Positions 37,804-48,903 are shown, counted from the first letter of the stretch. The stretch: DNA of 64,000 nucleotides from Candidatus Woesearchaeota archaeon (GCA_945861715.1 CAMAVK010000003.1:3344-67343); one strand, 5' to 3'. A program made the numbers and translations. The notes: generated from the sequence alone by a model not told the origin.

Positions 37804-38508
37804 CTAATCTAATACTGTTTTCAAAACCTTTTGCTCTGCCTTACGAAGATGCGAGAGCACAACTGTTTTAGGAACTCCCAATACACGACACATCGTAGCC
37901 ACCGTAATCTTACGCGGCCATTCATAATATCCCAGATGCGAGGCAAACAAAAACATTTCCAACTGTTTCCACGTCAACTGTTCAAACATCACCTTTTTCT
38001 CAGGTGACAACTCAACAACACTAACAACTCGTACATTATACTTCTTCTTCAATGCTTGATACATTCGAGTCGCTGCAATTTTCGTGGGAGCACCAAACAT
38101 CCATCTTTCATACTTTTCCACAATACGAGTATGCGAAATTGGCGCCATTTTCTCTTCAATAGCAGTTGGTAAATTCCATAAACTTGAATACTGTGAAGTC
38201 ATCAACACTCTTAGACACATCTCCTCACCCTTTTTCCAAATCTGCTCCACTTTGAAAACTCCCTTACGCCCAGACAGAAACAGAACAATCTTCGAAAAAA
38301 GTAAACTCTCACCATGAACCATCACCAGAAGGGATTTCTTCTCCCGAACTACTTTAGACTCCACAAATGAAAAAGAGTGCTCTGGAAACTGTAACCCAAT
38401 CTCAGAACTCCAAAATCCGACGTGAAAAATATCAAAAGCAACCTTAAACATATAATAACTGAAACTACGAGCCTTAATAATTCTTTTCCCTACAATGATA
38501 TATCTCAT
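37804..38508 (-). CDS. HTH_10 (Bat/DmsR-like) family transcriptional regulator
   Basis: C-terminal LGYYEWPRKITVATMCRVLGVPKTVVLSHLRKAEQKVLKTVL matches the archaeal HTH_10 signature (GY.E.PR......lA..LG....t...HLR.AE.KLL). Confidence 0.55.
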   Translation of the reverse strand: MRYIIVGKRIIKARSFSYYMFKVAFDIFHVGFWSSEIGLQFPEHSFSFVESKVVREKKSLLVMVHGESLLFSKIVLFLSGRKGVFKVEQIWKKGEEMCLRVLMTSQYSSLWNLPTAIEEKMAPISHTRIVEKYERWMFGAPTKIAATRMYQALKKKYNVRVVSVVELSPEKKVMFEQLTWKQLEMFLFASHLGYYEWPRKITVATMCRVLGVPKTVVLSHLRKAEQKVLKTVLD

Positions 38509-38598
38509 CCTTCTATTCCACTGTCTTAACCATGACCCTCGAAATTCAAGAAGAGAAAAGGAAGTTTTATAAACTACTTATTGATTTTTTAACCTAGA

Positions 38599-38732
38599 GC
38601 ACCGGTAATATAACGGCTAGTATGTCGGCCTTCCATATTGCAATAAGTACAACTTGTTGTAATTGACGAGAGCCGATCATCCGGGAAACGCGCAGGACTG
38701 GGCGTTCGGAAGTTCGAATCCCGGCCGGTGCA
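38599..38732 (+). tRNA. tRNA-Gly(TCC) with two introns (35 nt at 37/38; 27 nt at non-canonical 53/54 in the T-arm)
   Basis: Folded by hand: acceptor GCACCGG/CCGGTGC, D-arm ATAT-AACGGCTA-GTAT, anticodon stem TCGGC/GCCGA with loop CTTCCA then intron, variable loop TCAT, T-stem CCGGG then 27-nt insert then TTCGAAT-CCCGG, discriminator A. Confidence 0.55.
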
Positions 38733-39042
38733 TTAGTTGCATGCGTGTCTGACTAGAGACGATGCATCCAGTCCTACTTTTTTATATTTCGCGGCCTAAT
38801 TATTGCAAGAAATGTTGCCATGTTTTGTTTATTTATCGATATGTGATGCATATCACAACGATTTAATCTCTTTTCAGAGTAGAGATAGTAATGAAAAGGA
38901 ATTCCAATATCTGACAAACAAGAACAGATATCTTCTTTTAATGCAGCCGACACTGTGGCGAACATTATTGTATTTTTTGCTATATGACCATCACTATCAA
39001 GATTACCCCGTAAGAAACCAATAATAAATGCGGTAGACTGCT

Positions 39043-39519
39043 CTATTTGCGCAGTCTTACAGTGTAGGTTTTACCATCCTTTTGATCCCACTCCAAATAT
39101 TCTCTTACGAATCGATACATCTCCTTCGAGTTATACGAAAGACTTAACCTGTTCTCCTGGTATAACTTAAAGGGTAATTTTGAAAATATCCTTGATAAAA
39201 CATCTCTTTGAAGTAACGCGATGTATTTTTCATCACGAACACAAAAATGAAGTCTAATATTGTATTTGTAATCCTTGCTTTTATAGAATGAGCCATCACC
39301 TGCAAATAGTCCCATGAGTTCACCCACTAACTCTTGATTTGAGTCATCTATCAGCATGGGTTTTAGTGTCATGCCTTTAATTTTTCTGAATTGATAATAT
39401 ACACTGGATTTTGGCTTTTGCAGGATAGCAGTTATTTGATTAAGACTTTGGCCTCGCAGCACTCCGTCGTGAATCTGGGCGATTTGAGCAGCACAAAGAA
39501 ATTGTTTCATACTGAACAA
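39043..39519 (-). CDS. LAGLIDADG-type homing endonuclease-like protein (single motif, N-terminal HTH-like region)
   Basis: GELMGLFAGDGSFYK matches LAGLIDADG (LxGxxxGDGS); 158 aa; not embedded in an intron or intein. Confidence 0.5.
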   Translation of the reverse strand: MFSMKQFLCAAQIAQIHDGVLRGQSLNQITAILQKPKSSVYYQFRKIKGMTLKPMLIDDSNQELVGELMGLFAGDGSFYKSKDYKYNIRLHFCVRDEKYIALLQRDVLSRIFSKLPFKLYQENRLSLSYNSKEMYRFVREYLEWDQKDGKTYTVRLRK

Positions 39520-39544
39520 ATAGGGCTGTTATTAAATAGTCTTA

Positions 39545-39573
39545 CGCGTACTTGTCCAGTGGGTAGTGGCTTT
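39545..39573 (+). repeat. degenerate third copy of the 28-nt element (CGCGTACTTGTCCAGTGGGTAGTGGCTTT); TATA-like TTATTAAATA at 39529-39538
   Basis: About 23/28 matches to copies A and B, with the same upstream TACGC and the same TATA spacing; about 115 nt upstream of ORF 39691..40476. Confidence 0.5.
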
Positions 39574-39690
39574 TTCGTTTCTTCCATTCCCATTAATTGT
39601 GGTTATCCTGAAACAAACAAAAATATGAACTTCCTTAAAAGTAGTAATATTTTGTTAAATTTATAAATCACAACCTTTTTCACTTGAATC

Positions 39691-40476
39691 ATGCCAATAA
39701 TCTATTATCTCAATACTCCTGAACCAATTGCTGTTGTTCAACACCTTCAAAGAAAAGGAGGAATTTTCAGTAGTGCGGATTTCCGAGAATTAAATTATCA
39801 ACGCATCGCGCGTCTGAAACTAGGCGAATATGCCGCGGTAATGCACCCGGATCAAGAAAGTATTCCAGATTACTCAGCATTGATTTGGGGCACGGGTTCC
39901 GACCACGATATCTCCTTAATCATGTCTCCTCAGCGGCCATTTTTAAAATCCGTTGATGATGCTCATCTTGATTATGTAGATATGGTCACAACTGCCCTCA
40001 CCGGAGTAAATGAATGTACTCACAATGGAGTTCTTCTTCACTCCTACTGTCACGCTAAAGCAGTTGAGGTTCTCGGAAATAATATGTCCCATGTTGATGT
40101 TCTCCAGTGTGGACCAAACAAAGAACCAAAACTCTTTTGTGCTCATCAAGGACCTAGTTTGTATAAGCCAGAAACAGAGCTTCCAATCCACAAAAGTATA
40201 GACCTTGACGTCCTACTTAATTTTCCTGCACGTCATGATTGGCAAAATAATGCAGGATCTGGCGTATCACTTGAAGCCTTAAGAGCGAACTTAGAAGCTC
40301 TATGTCGAGATACCGACGTAATTCGTTTTGATATCGGTGGTCTACATTTTCCAACAGAACAAGAACGTTCACTCTATCACGGAAAAATAAATCCATTGGA
40401 AAACCGTGAGGTCATGAATCGAGCTTGCGAAACGTATGCTGTTCTCCTTGAGACCTATTTTTCAAATTTGGGTTAA
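39691..40476 (+). CDS. hypothetical protein (261 aa)
   Basis: ORF downstream of the degenerate 28-nt element. Confidence 0.4.
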   Translation: MPIIYYLNTPEPIAVVQHLQRKGGIFSSADFRELNYQRIARLKLGEYAAVMHPDQESIPDYSALIWGTGSDHDISLIMSPQRPFLKSVDDAHLDYVDMVTTALTGVNECTHNGVLLHSYCHAKAVEVLGNNMSHVDVLQCGPNKEPKLFCAHQGPSLYKPETELPIHKSIDLDVLLNFPARHDWQNNAGSGVSLEALRANLEALCRDTDVIRFDIGGLHFPTEQERSLYHGKINPLENREVMNRACETYAVLLETYFSNLG

Positions 40477-41090
40477 CTATCCAAACATAGTCCATTCAAC
40501 AAGTTCCAAAAAAGCACGTCATCCATCAACAGTAGCAACAGTACCACAAGTATTATAAACTCCTCTAACATATTACTCAAGTCTTCCAATTCGTAAGGAA
40601 AGGTTTAGCTTAGAAAAGCCAGCTGGTTAGACTTTAGGGTTAGTAAAAACCTGCCTCGAAAGTTTGGAAGACAACAATTATCCCCTGAGGCAAAAACATC
40701 ACCAAACTCTTATTAGCGATATCATCAACGACACATTGTATCAATTCTCGTATTCACACTGTTAGTACTTTATCTGACATACTTGCTGCACTTAATAGCA
40801 CCGAACAATATCGCGCCCTCATCTTAGATGCAGAAGCTATTCACCTTCCTTATGGTCACCTCGCAGGAGATGTATTAACCAATCCATTATACACTATTTT
40901 CGAGACAGCTCACAGAAAAAATGTACCCGTTCACTATTTTGAACATAGGACAAACGATCAAATTGACTTTGTACCTCATGATGGGGTAACTATTGTTCCT
41001 GAAGACCATCGAAATAGAGTACTTCAAGATTTATTATCAAACCGTAATATACTCAATTAAATTCAGTTCTATCACTTATTTATCACACCT

Positions 41091-44000
41091 CTACTCTCCA
41101 ACATACCCATTGAGCACAGTGTTTGTTGTAACATGTTTCTCATGCATAAATGCTCGTAAGTAATCAGGACCACCTGCTTTGGGCCCCGTTCCGCTCATCT
41201 TAAATCCACCAAACGGATGTCGCTCAACAAGCGCTCCGGTACATCCGCGATTAATGTACAAATTACCGGCCTGTACCTCTGAGCTAAACCGCTTGTGATG
41301 CGTTGGAGTGCGTGAATACAATCCCGCTGTGAGTCCAAATGGTGTATCATTCAAAACCTTTATTGCAGAAGAAAAATCATCCGCACTCATCACCGCAAGC
41401 ACCGGTCCAAACAGTTCTCGTCGAGAAATAGGGTTTGCAGAATCAATTCCAATCACGGTAGGTGCTATATAATATCCTGCCTTATCGGTGCATTGACCAG
41501 ATACAATCATCTTTCCACCCGCAGCAACCGCTTCCTTTATCGCAGCTGTGATACCTGCATACGCACCACCATGAATCACAGGACCAACATCAATACCCGG
41601 AATAGTCGCAGCACCAACACGAAGTCCAGCAATATTCTCCTCAAGAAGCGATAAAAACTCCTCTCGAACAGATGAAAGCACAATTACTCGAGATGCAGCC
41701 GAACACTTCTGTCCTGCAAATCCGAATGCACTATACACAATACCTTTCACCGCCGCATCTAAATCGGCTGTGTCATCAACAATAATTGCATTCTTACCTC
41801 CCATTTCACATATCGCTGAACGTAAGTGCCCCTGCCCTGGCCATCGCTTAGCAACTGTTTCATAAATCTGAGTGCCTACTTTCATGGAGCCTGTAAAAAC
41901 AACTTTGTGAATCAAAGGCGAGTCCACAAGGAAGTGAGCATCACTGTCACGACAAACAACATAATTCAAGACACCTTCAGGAACACCCGCCTCATGTGCT
42001 ATCTGCATAAATTCAGACGCAATTAATGGAGTATAAGGTGATGGTTTCATCACCACTGTATTTCCCGTAACGAGTGCAGCAGTCGTCATCCCTGCAAGAA
42101 TTGCAAGAGGAAAATTCCAGGGTGCAATAACACTCATTGGGCCGCGTGCTTCATACGTTGTAATATTTCGTTCACCTGGAACTCTCTGGCTTCGTCTACC
42201 ATCCCCAAGTTCTCGAGCTTCTCGAGCATAATAAGTACAAAAATCAATTGCTTCAGCAACATCAGCATGCGCTTCTCGCCATGGTTTACCCGCTTCAAAA
42301 CACATCAGTGCTGCAAGTTCATATTGTCGAGAGGACATAATTTTCCCCATTTTTTCAACAATAGTAGCTCGATTCTCAACCGAGCGTTTGCTCCAATCAG
42401 GAAACGCTTTAGACGCACTCATCAACGCAGAGTTAATCTCTCGATGGTCACACATACTCACACTTCCTATCGGATTACTGGAATGTTTGGTTCCCACAAC
42501 CGCATCAATTGATGGATTGTATGACATGAGCATATCAGATGATCGAACCTCCTTTACACCCACAACTGATGGTCGGTCCATATACTCACCTTTTCCAATT
42601 CGTTTCTCAACGACACTCAACGCCTTCTCCATTGAACTTCTTGCCTCTGCAGTATGCCAAGGCGCTTGACTATGATTCCATAACGCTGCCGGAATTCCCT
42701 CAACCTTTCTTTCTATAGGTACATCTGGCTTACGTAAATGCAGAAACTCACCTAATTGTACATACCATTTTTTTTGGTTTGCTTGTGCTATCTCTCTCCC
42801 CTGAACTGGACCCGGTGTTCGGAGCAACTCCGCAGGATTTTGATTTGCATCCATCTTTCGAAGAAATGATCCATTGGCCGTATTTTCTAAAATACGTCGA
42901 ACAAAATAACCCATGCCATCAACCAAATTTCCTACCGGTCCATACAATCGTACTTGTACTCCTTCCTTTTCAACCGCTTGTGCAATTGGCCATCCCATGC
43001 CATACAGTAATTGAATTTCAAACTGATCGGCAGCAACATTCAATTCTCGCTGTAACGCTAGACCATGCACTATACTTCGTAAATTATGACTACCTAGTGC
43101 AGTACGGATATGTCCATGATTTTTCATCATCTTTTGGGTCAATTTTTCATACTGCGCGTCCGATTGCCATTTCTCTTCCCACACTGGTATGGGCCATCCT
43201 TGCTGCCGCGCAACAACAACCTCTGAATCCCAATACGCTCCCTTCACAAGTCGCAAAGTAAATGGTACATCACGCTTGCTGGCAACCTTAAGCAGACCAT
43301 CAAGCGTTTTCTCTGAATCTTTCAAATATGCTTGAACGACCGTTCCAAAATGAGGATAATTCTTAAACTCCGGCATTTGAACTAACTCGGAAAAAATATC
43401 CGTAACCAGCGATCGATATTGAAAATGTTCCATATCCACATTGAGAAACGCACCCATGGACATTGCCCTGTGTGCAATCGGAATGAGTGCAGCGAGTACT
43501 TCTTTTTTTGTACCATTATAATCAATCGGATCAAAATGCGCAGACAATGCCGAAACCTTCGTTGACAAATTAATGGATGGTCCACCAAACTTATCCAAAC
43601 TATGATCTCCAAAAGATGTACCAAGTACATCAAGCGCATCTAAGCAAGCACTCTGATAGCGCGCAGCACCAGCTGGACTCGCAGTCAACTCACCTAAAAT
43701 ATCGAGAGTGAAATAAATCCCTTTGTGGTCTTCCACCATTTTTTTAGCAACAGCAGCAGCTCCCACCATATCTTCAGCAACAATAAACGACTTGGCAGTT
43801 TGCTCCACAATTGGTTGTACTGCTTTCATCGCAAGCGCAGGTGCGACTCCTGCAAGCGCAGCGCCTGTGCCTAAAACTATCCCTAAACTCAAATTTCCCA
43901 GATATTCTTCAAGGTGCGATGCAAATAATTCGGGAGTCTTGAGTGCAGGATACAATTCTAAAAAACCAAGAAGACCTGCTTTAAATTTTGGGTCCTCCAT

Positions 44001-44120
44001 GCAGCGCTCAAACAGCTGCCCACGCTGTTTATCAAGCGCGCTTTGATTGAGTGAAAGTTGTTGTACTCTGCGAACGAGCGGAGTTCCAATAGAAAGGATA
44101 GAATCTTCAAGAGTTGCCAT
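41091..44120 (-). CDS. putA: bifunctional proline dehydrogenase / L-glutamate-gamma-semialdehyde (P5C) dehydrogenase (PutA-like, no DNA-binding domain)
   Basis: 1009 aa. N-terminal PRODH motifs (VKGAYWD, LLYGMGW, YGPVG...[12 protein letters not shown]). C-terminal ALDH motifs ([24 protein letters not shown]). Confidence 0.85.
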   Translation of the reverse strand: MATLEDSILSIGTPLVRRVQQLSLNQSALDKQRGQLFERCMEDPKFKAGLLGFLELYPALKTPELFASHLEEYLGNLSLGIVLGTGAALAGVAPALAMKAVQPIVEQTAKSFIVAEDMVGAAAVAKKMVEDHKGIYFTLDILGELTASPAGAARYQSACLDALDVLGTSFGDHSLDKFGGPSINLSTKVSALSAHFDPIDYNGTKKEVLAALIPIAHRAMSMGAFLNVDMEHFQYRSLVTDIFSELVQMPEFKNYPHFGTVVQAYLKDSEKTLDGLLKVASKRDVPFTLRLVKGAYWDSEVVVARQQGWPIPVWEEKWQSDAQYEKLTQKMMKNHGHIRTALGSHNLRSIVHGLALQRELNVAADQFEIQLLYGMGWPIAQAVEKEGVQVRLYGPVGNLVDGMGYFVRRILENTANGSFLRKMDANQNPAELLRTPGPVQGREIAQANQKKWYVQLGEFLHLRKPDVPIERKVEGIPAALWNHSQAPWHTAEARSSMEKALSVVEKRIGKGEYMDRPSVVGVKEVRSSDMLMSYNPSIDAVVGTKHSSNPIGSVSMCDHREINSALMSASKAFPDWSKRSVENRATIVEKMGKIMSSRQYELAALMCFEAGKPWREAHADVAEAIDFCTYYAREARELGDGRRSQRVPGERNITTYEARGPMSVIAPWNFPLAILAGMTTAALVTGNTVVMKPSPYTPLIASEFMQIAHEAGVPEGVLNYVVCRDSDAHFLVDSPLIHKVVFTGSMKVGTQIYETVAKRWPGQGHLRSAICEMGGKNAIIVDDTADLDAAVKGIVYSAFGFAGQKCSAASRVIVLSSVREEFLSLLEENIAGLRVGAATIPGIDVGPVIHGGAYAGITAAIKEAVAAGGKMIVSGQCTDKAGYYIAPTVIGIDSANPISRRELFGPVLAVMSADDFSSAIKVLNDTPFGLTAGLYSRTPTHHKRFSSEVQAGNLYINRGCTGALVERHPFGGFKMSGTGPKAGGPDYLRAFMHEKHVTTNTVLNGYVGE

Positions 44121-44247
44121 ACCCTACCGACCAACCAACCACTTTTAAACATTAATATCCTACAAAAGTAGTTTTGTCCATGAGAAACATTTAAAAAAAT
44201 CCAATAAGAATAACACTGCAAAGAAGAGATGATGTCCGGAGATCATT

Positions 44248-44616
44248 ATGACAAGACGTATACTAGTTGCAGACAACCTTGAATTATTACTTAATGCCAA
44301 ACGAGATTGGGATGTTTTTGGTAAAGGTCGAGTAGATTTTGTTGGAGAGGCCGCAAAATTACGTAATTATTTACCTGGTCTACGTGAAGGTCAATACGGC
44401 TTGGTGATATTTGACCCCGTGACGCTTTTTGAACCCCATGGTGGAATTGATTCCAAACGACCGCTTATCATAAAGTTTCTTACCGAAATTCATTCTTCAA
44501 CGAATATTATCTACACTATAGACATAGGACAAGAGGAAAAAATTGCCGGTTTTCGAGGTAATCAAGGAATTATTATTAAACCCTATACTGTCAAACCAAT
44601 CTTAGATAATTTTTAA
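44248..44616 (+). CDS. hypothetical protein (122 aa)
   Basis: ORF only. Confidence 0.35.
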   Translation: MTRRILVADNLELLLNAKRDWDVFGKGRVDFVGEAAKLRNYLPGLREGQYGLVIFDPVTLFEPHGGIDSKRPLIIKFLTEIHSSTNIIYTIDIGQEEKIAGFRGNQGIIIKPYTVKPILDNF

Positions 44617-44696
44617 GACCAAAATCGGGATGGATGATCACTCGAAAGTGACAAAATAACAAAAACATTTATAAAAAAGCAACAAAAAGTAGCTTT

Positions 44697-45608
44697 ATGA
44701 AGCATATAAATACCATCTCATATGGAATCCTTGTTGGGGCTGCATGCTCCTCATCTTTCAAGATACTTACACCAGAAAAACCTGAACCCATTCAAACAAC
44801 AAACGGCTCTATTCTTCCAACAGGTATGTACAATCACGGGTTCAGATTAGTCAAATCAAGTTTAGCTGCGCCATGTAAAGACCTTTTATTAACGCCCTCA
44901 TATCCACTCAGCGTCGACGGTGAAGTTATCCCCCTACAATTAGGAGCAGACGTTGAGGAAATCCCTGGTAACGGGTGTTTCTCTTCTTTTATCTATAATC
45001 CAAACACTCAATCGGGAGAGTTTTCATCAACCGAACAAGTATCAGGATCATTTAGTGTGAATGCAGCACGTAAAGAAATTCACATTACGCTTCAAGATAA
45101 CCTAACGACCATCTTAGATCGCAATCAGCCTTATGAACATGATCAAGCCGTACTCAATTTCATCCTCCACGACAATCCTCAAAATCCTTATTCGGGACGA
45201 ATAAAATTCGAAGATGACACCCTCACATATGAAAATCATGGTGTTCAAGGATCTGAGAAAATCACGATCCCATCGAATCTTGAACTAAGAATTATGAGAC
45301 TTAAGAACACAGGAGATTTTTTCACGCTGCGTCGTGTAGATGGAAAACCAATCTACGAAACAGCAGGCACCGTTCAAGTAGGAGATCATGACATCCTAGT
45401 TGAAAGTGGTTACACAGCAGTAATTGACCCCTCGGCTTTATTTGAACCAAAAAAAAATGTTCCCTATTTTACTCTTGGAAACTCATACACCGACAAAGCA
45501 AAAGGACAATATTGGAAATTTCAACAAATCATTGATGACATTCAGAATATTTCGGAAGGAAAGAAACATCCTGACACAATTTCAAAATGTTCGGATTCAT
45601 GTGAATAG
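44697..45608 (+). CDS. hypothetical secreted protein / lipoprotein (303 aa)
   Basis: N-terminal ILVGAACSSS lipobox-like signal. Confidence 0.4.
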   Translation: MKHINTISYGILVGAACSSSFKILTPEKPEPIQTTNGSILPTGMYNHGFRLVKSSLAAPCKDLLLTPSYPLSVDGEVIPLQLGADVEEIPGNGCFSSFIYNPNTQSGEFSSTEQVSGSFSVNAARKEIHITLQDNLTTILDRNQPYEHDQAVLNFILHDNPQNPYSGRIKFEDDTLTYENHGVQGSEKITIPSNLELRIMRLKNTGDFFTLRRVDGKPIYETAGTVQVGDHDILVESGYTAVIDPSALFEPKKNVPYFTLGNSYTDKAKGQYWKFQQIIDDIQNISEGKKHPDTISKCSDSCE

Positions 45609-45647
45609 AGGTCCAATCATAGTAAATAAAAACGCATCACAAAAAAA

Positions 45648-46683
45648 TCAAACCTTCATCATCAAACTAGTCTTCGAAACCAATTTCGCAGCAAGAAACG
45701 CATCATTCAAATTGATCACTCCTCGCTCGAACTTTTCTTGATCATCAAACCCAACTCGAGGACACGCCGTATTCACCCATGTTTCAATAAATGGAAAATT
45801 TTCTAATTGCCCAAACGATACATTGTCATCCACAAAGAAATAGAATTTTTTATCCGGAAATTTCTTCTCAATAGTGAGTGCAGCTTTCAAGTGTTCTTGC
45901 CCTGGTTTTACCGTTACAATGACTCCGACGCGAGAACAACTCAAAAACTTCATCAGAGACGCTCGATACTTTCGCAGTATTCCTTTAATCACATCAACGG
46001 ACATAATGCTCATCTGATTTGTCATCGGATCCGCACATACAACTTCCTTAACTTGAGTTGTTTCCAAATCCTTTTGCGCATACACCAAAGCAAGCGGATG
46101 AAACTTTCCATCTCCTACATACACATACGCTTCAATAGACTCATGCTGCGCAGCCGTTAAATTAAGAGATGCCAAATCACTATCGCATCCAAGTAGTTGA
46201 CCAACAACGTGCGTACGATCCGCTTTCGATGTCACAACTTCAACCCCAGCCGAAGCAAGTTGTGCATACACTTTTTCAAGTTGAGAACAAAATTGAACGG
46301 ATGCATACAATCCAACCCGTGTAACCTTCTTCGATTGCAAATAATCAAGCACAGACGAAGACAAAGAAACATCTCCAGTAAACGGAGCATCAAGGAAAAG
46401 AGTATGCATCTTACCATCCCTCCGCTTTCTTATGAAATTGATTATGACCCCATGAAATCAAAAGATCGCAACCCATCTTCGGAAGACCTAATGGAACATC
46501 GCACGCACCAAAGTTCGATCCAAGCCAAATCAACACACGAGCTGACGTTGCCTCGGTTATAGCGCGCTCAATATCTTGTGCCATCGGTTTCATGCCATCA
46601 GGCAATTGAATACACACAACCTTCGCATCAACTTCCTTAATTCGCAAAATCGCAGAGTTCAACTCAGCATCATAAAGTGTCAT
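45648..46683 (-). pseudogene. dph2: diphthamide synthesis Dph2 (2-(3-amino-3-carboxypropyl)histidine synthase), split into two ORFs (46411..46683 and 45648..46409) by TAA plus a 1-nt frame offset
   Basis: N-piece (VVCIQLPDGMKP...FGACDVP...GCDLLISWGH) and C-piece (...FHPLA...FGQLENFPFIETWVNTACPRV) together match full-length archaeal Dph2 (about 340 aa). Junction reads TGG TAA G ATG. Confidence 0.6.
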
Positions 46684-46782
46684 ACTCTTCTAAATCCGGG
46701 CCTTTTTTAAATAGTTTCTCTACCGAAATTAGAATCACTAATTAGGAGCAACATTTTTAAATAACCTTCAATCTAACCCAAT

Positions 46783-47751
46783 ATGACGATTTTCCCACCA
46801 TCAGGAGAAAATAGAGACTACACCAGACTGCCTGAAGAACATTTGGATCAGTACATATCACGAGTATTTAAAACTCAAACTAATTTTGCTAAGGCAATTG
46901 GAAGATCCGCATCCGAGGTAAACAGATTTTTAAAGCGTATTGACTCCTTTGGTGAGGCACGACGAACCGGTATTTATAATCAGATTCAAGCCACACTCGG
47001 TGTTGATTTCAGACCTTCGACTAGCATCTCGGAACAGAGTCAAGCATTATATCATATAACTCACTCGAACGCATTTGAGCTTAAACGAACATCCTCGTAT
47101 AGGGGAACGAATGCAATGTATGAACCGTTCTTTTTTCAAGGGAGACAAACAGTAGCCCCTATCTACACCATCTGGCATAAATTGTTCAATGAAATGCGAG
47201 GAATATGTTCTATCGAAGCCTTTACGTTAACTCCCTATTTTGGTGATGCTGACTCCGATTTTGTAATCCCTCACACAGCGGATTATTTTCTACAAAGGTT
47301 AAACCAACAACCTTTCACCGTATTATCTCCTGCGGGCAGTGTAGGCTGTGGTGAAAGTAGATATGGCCGTGAAGTGAAACATCATAATGGTGAACTCGCA
47401 GCAATTATTGTAAGAGCAAGCGAACTAACAAATAATCCCTATGATAATATGCGGTATCTTGCTTTAACCATTACTCCTTCCAGCACCTATCCAATGCGAG
47501 ATCTTGCCACAACTGCCTCTACGCATTTTCTCGAACATCTAAGCAAACATAATTATCTCAAAACCCCCCTCAGTAAAGATGGTGAAAGCACTAATATTGG
47601 TTTTTTACACGAATGGGATTCATTTGCAAGTGATCAGTTTGGGTATTATAGCAAGATGGTTGGTGAACATATGATTAATCTTAACAAAAATTGGGAATGG
47701 ATTGAAAGGGAGAAACGTAGAACAAGAGTCGAATATAAACAAAGAAAGTGA
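46783..47751 (+). CDS. hypothetical protein with N-terminal HTH-like segment (322 aa)
   Basis: FAKAIGRSASEVNRFLKR resembles an XRE-type HTH; the rest is unknown. Confidence 0.35.
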   Translation: MTIFPPSGENRDYTRLPEEHLDQYISRVFKTQTNFAKAIGRSASEVNRFLKRIDSFGEARRTGIYNQIQATLGVDFRPSTSISEQSQALYHITHSNAFELKRTSSYRGTNAMYEPFFFQGRQTVAPIYTIWHKLFNEMRGICSIEAFTLTPYFGDADSDFVIPHTADYFLQRLNQQPFTVLSPAGSVGCGESRYGREVKHHNGELAAIIVRASELTNNPYDNMRYLALTITPSSTYPMRDLATTASTHFLEHLSKHNYLKTPLSKDGESTNIGFLHEWDSFASDQFGYYSKMVGEHMINLNKNWEWIEREKRRTRVEYKQRK

Positions 47752-47805
47752 AACTCAAGATAACGAACCAAGTATATATCATTTTAAAACGAAGTCAATA
47801 TCCAC

Positions 47806-48123
47806 TTATTTTTTTTGAAGCAAACGAGAATAAATCAATTTCGCAATCTTCTCCATTGTATCCATATCATCACTTTGTTTGAAAATCAATTCTCCAAATC
47901 CATGCACAATCGTCTCAATTCCAAATAGTTTAATCACAAGAAGAATTGGGGTATCAATGATAATTTCTCCCTTTTCAACCAATACCAGCTTTCGAATCGC
48001 AGCTAAATCAATCTTCACCGCCCGCGCAGGCTTCGCACTATAAGCTACACGAGTCTTACATTTTCCAAGAGAAAAAGGAATAGGTGTACAATTGGTTTCA
48101 GAATTCGTAACCATAGCAACCAT
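47806..48123 (-). CDS. hypothetical protein (105 aa)
   Basis: ORF only. Confidence 0.3.
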   Translation of the reverse strand: MVAMVTNSETNCTPIPFSLGKCKTRVAYSAKPARAVKIDLAAIRKLVLVEKGEIIIDTPILLVIKLFGIETIVHGFGELIFKQSDDMDTMEKIAKLIYSRLLQKK

Positions 48124-48203
48124 CCACTATCCACCATACTGAATGTTTAAATACTTTTGCCATCATCCATCAAAAAAATAAATAGTAAATTACAGGTGAA
48201 ACG

Positions 48204-48812
48204 ATGAAAAAATATGTTCTTGTCATGCTAACCGTTGCCATACTCGCACTCCTTCTGTTGGCCGGTTGCAAGAAAAAAATTGAAGCTATGGAAAAAGTTG
48301 ATCTCAATGCACCAACTCTCCCCACTGAACCTGAACAACCACTAGTGGTTAATGTAGAAGCTGATGTAACTACCATTGAAGAAAAGACAACAGATGCCAT
48401 AAATGCACAAATTGACTGTACGCTAAACTCGGAGTGTGCCGCGGGATCTTTCTGCATCCAAAAAACATGCACTAATCCTAAAGACCTCATCAATACCAAC
48501 TGTGATAAACTCTGCACCGTAAAAGAAGTAGTGATAGAAACTAGTGATGGTAATTCCTACACTCTTCCTCCTGGAAAAGGCGACTACACTGCAGCAGGTG
48601 CCATTGATTGGACTATTCAACGTTTACCTGCACATTGCAAATCAACAAGTCTAAAAATTCCTATAACCGTCTTCAAGCGAAACTATCAAACAGTGTTAGG
48701 TGACGAAGCAATCTTACTAGGCATTGGAGAAACAAGCGCGGTCATAACGCATCCAATCAATAAGAGAGTAGCCTTCAGCATGACGGTAAAGGACATCATT
48801 GAGACGTGTTAA
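48204..48812 (+). CDS. secreted Cys-rich lipoprotein (202 aa)
   Basis: Signal peptide MKKYVLVMLTVAILALLLLAGC (lipobox) and several Cys pairs. Confidence 0.45.
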   Translation: MKKYVLVMLTVAILALLLLAGCKKKIEAMEKVDLNAPTLPTEPEQPLVVNVEADVTTIEEKTTDAINAQIDCTLNSECAAGSFCIQKTCTNPKDLINTNCDKLCTVKEVVIETSDGNSYTLPPGKGDYTAAGAIDWTIQRLPAHCKSTSLKIPITVFKRNYQTVLGDEAILLGIGETSAVITHPINKRVAFSMTVKDIIETC

Positions 48813-48903
48813 TACAGTCTACTTTTCTTTTTATTTTTATATTACTTTATCATATCCAACAAAACACCTTCTATATGAGAAATTCTCTCTCTCTATCTCC
48901 ACG

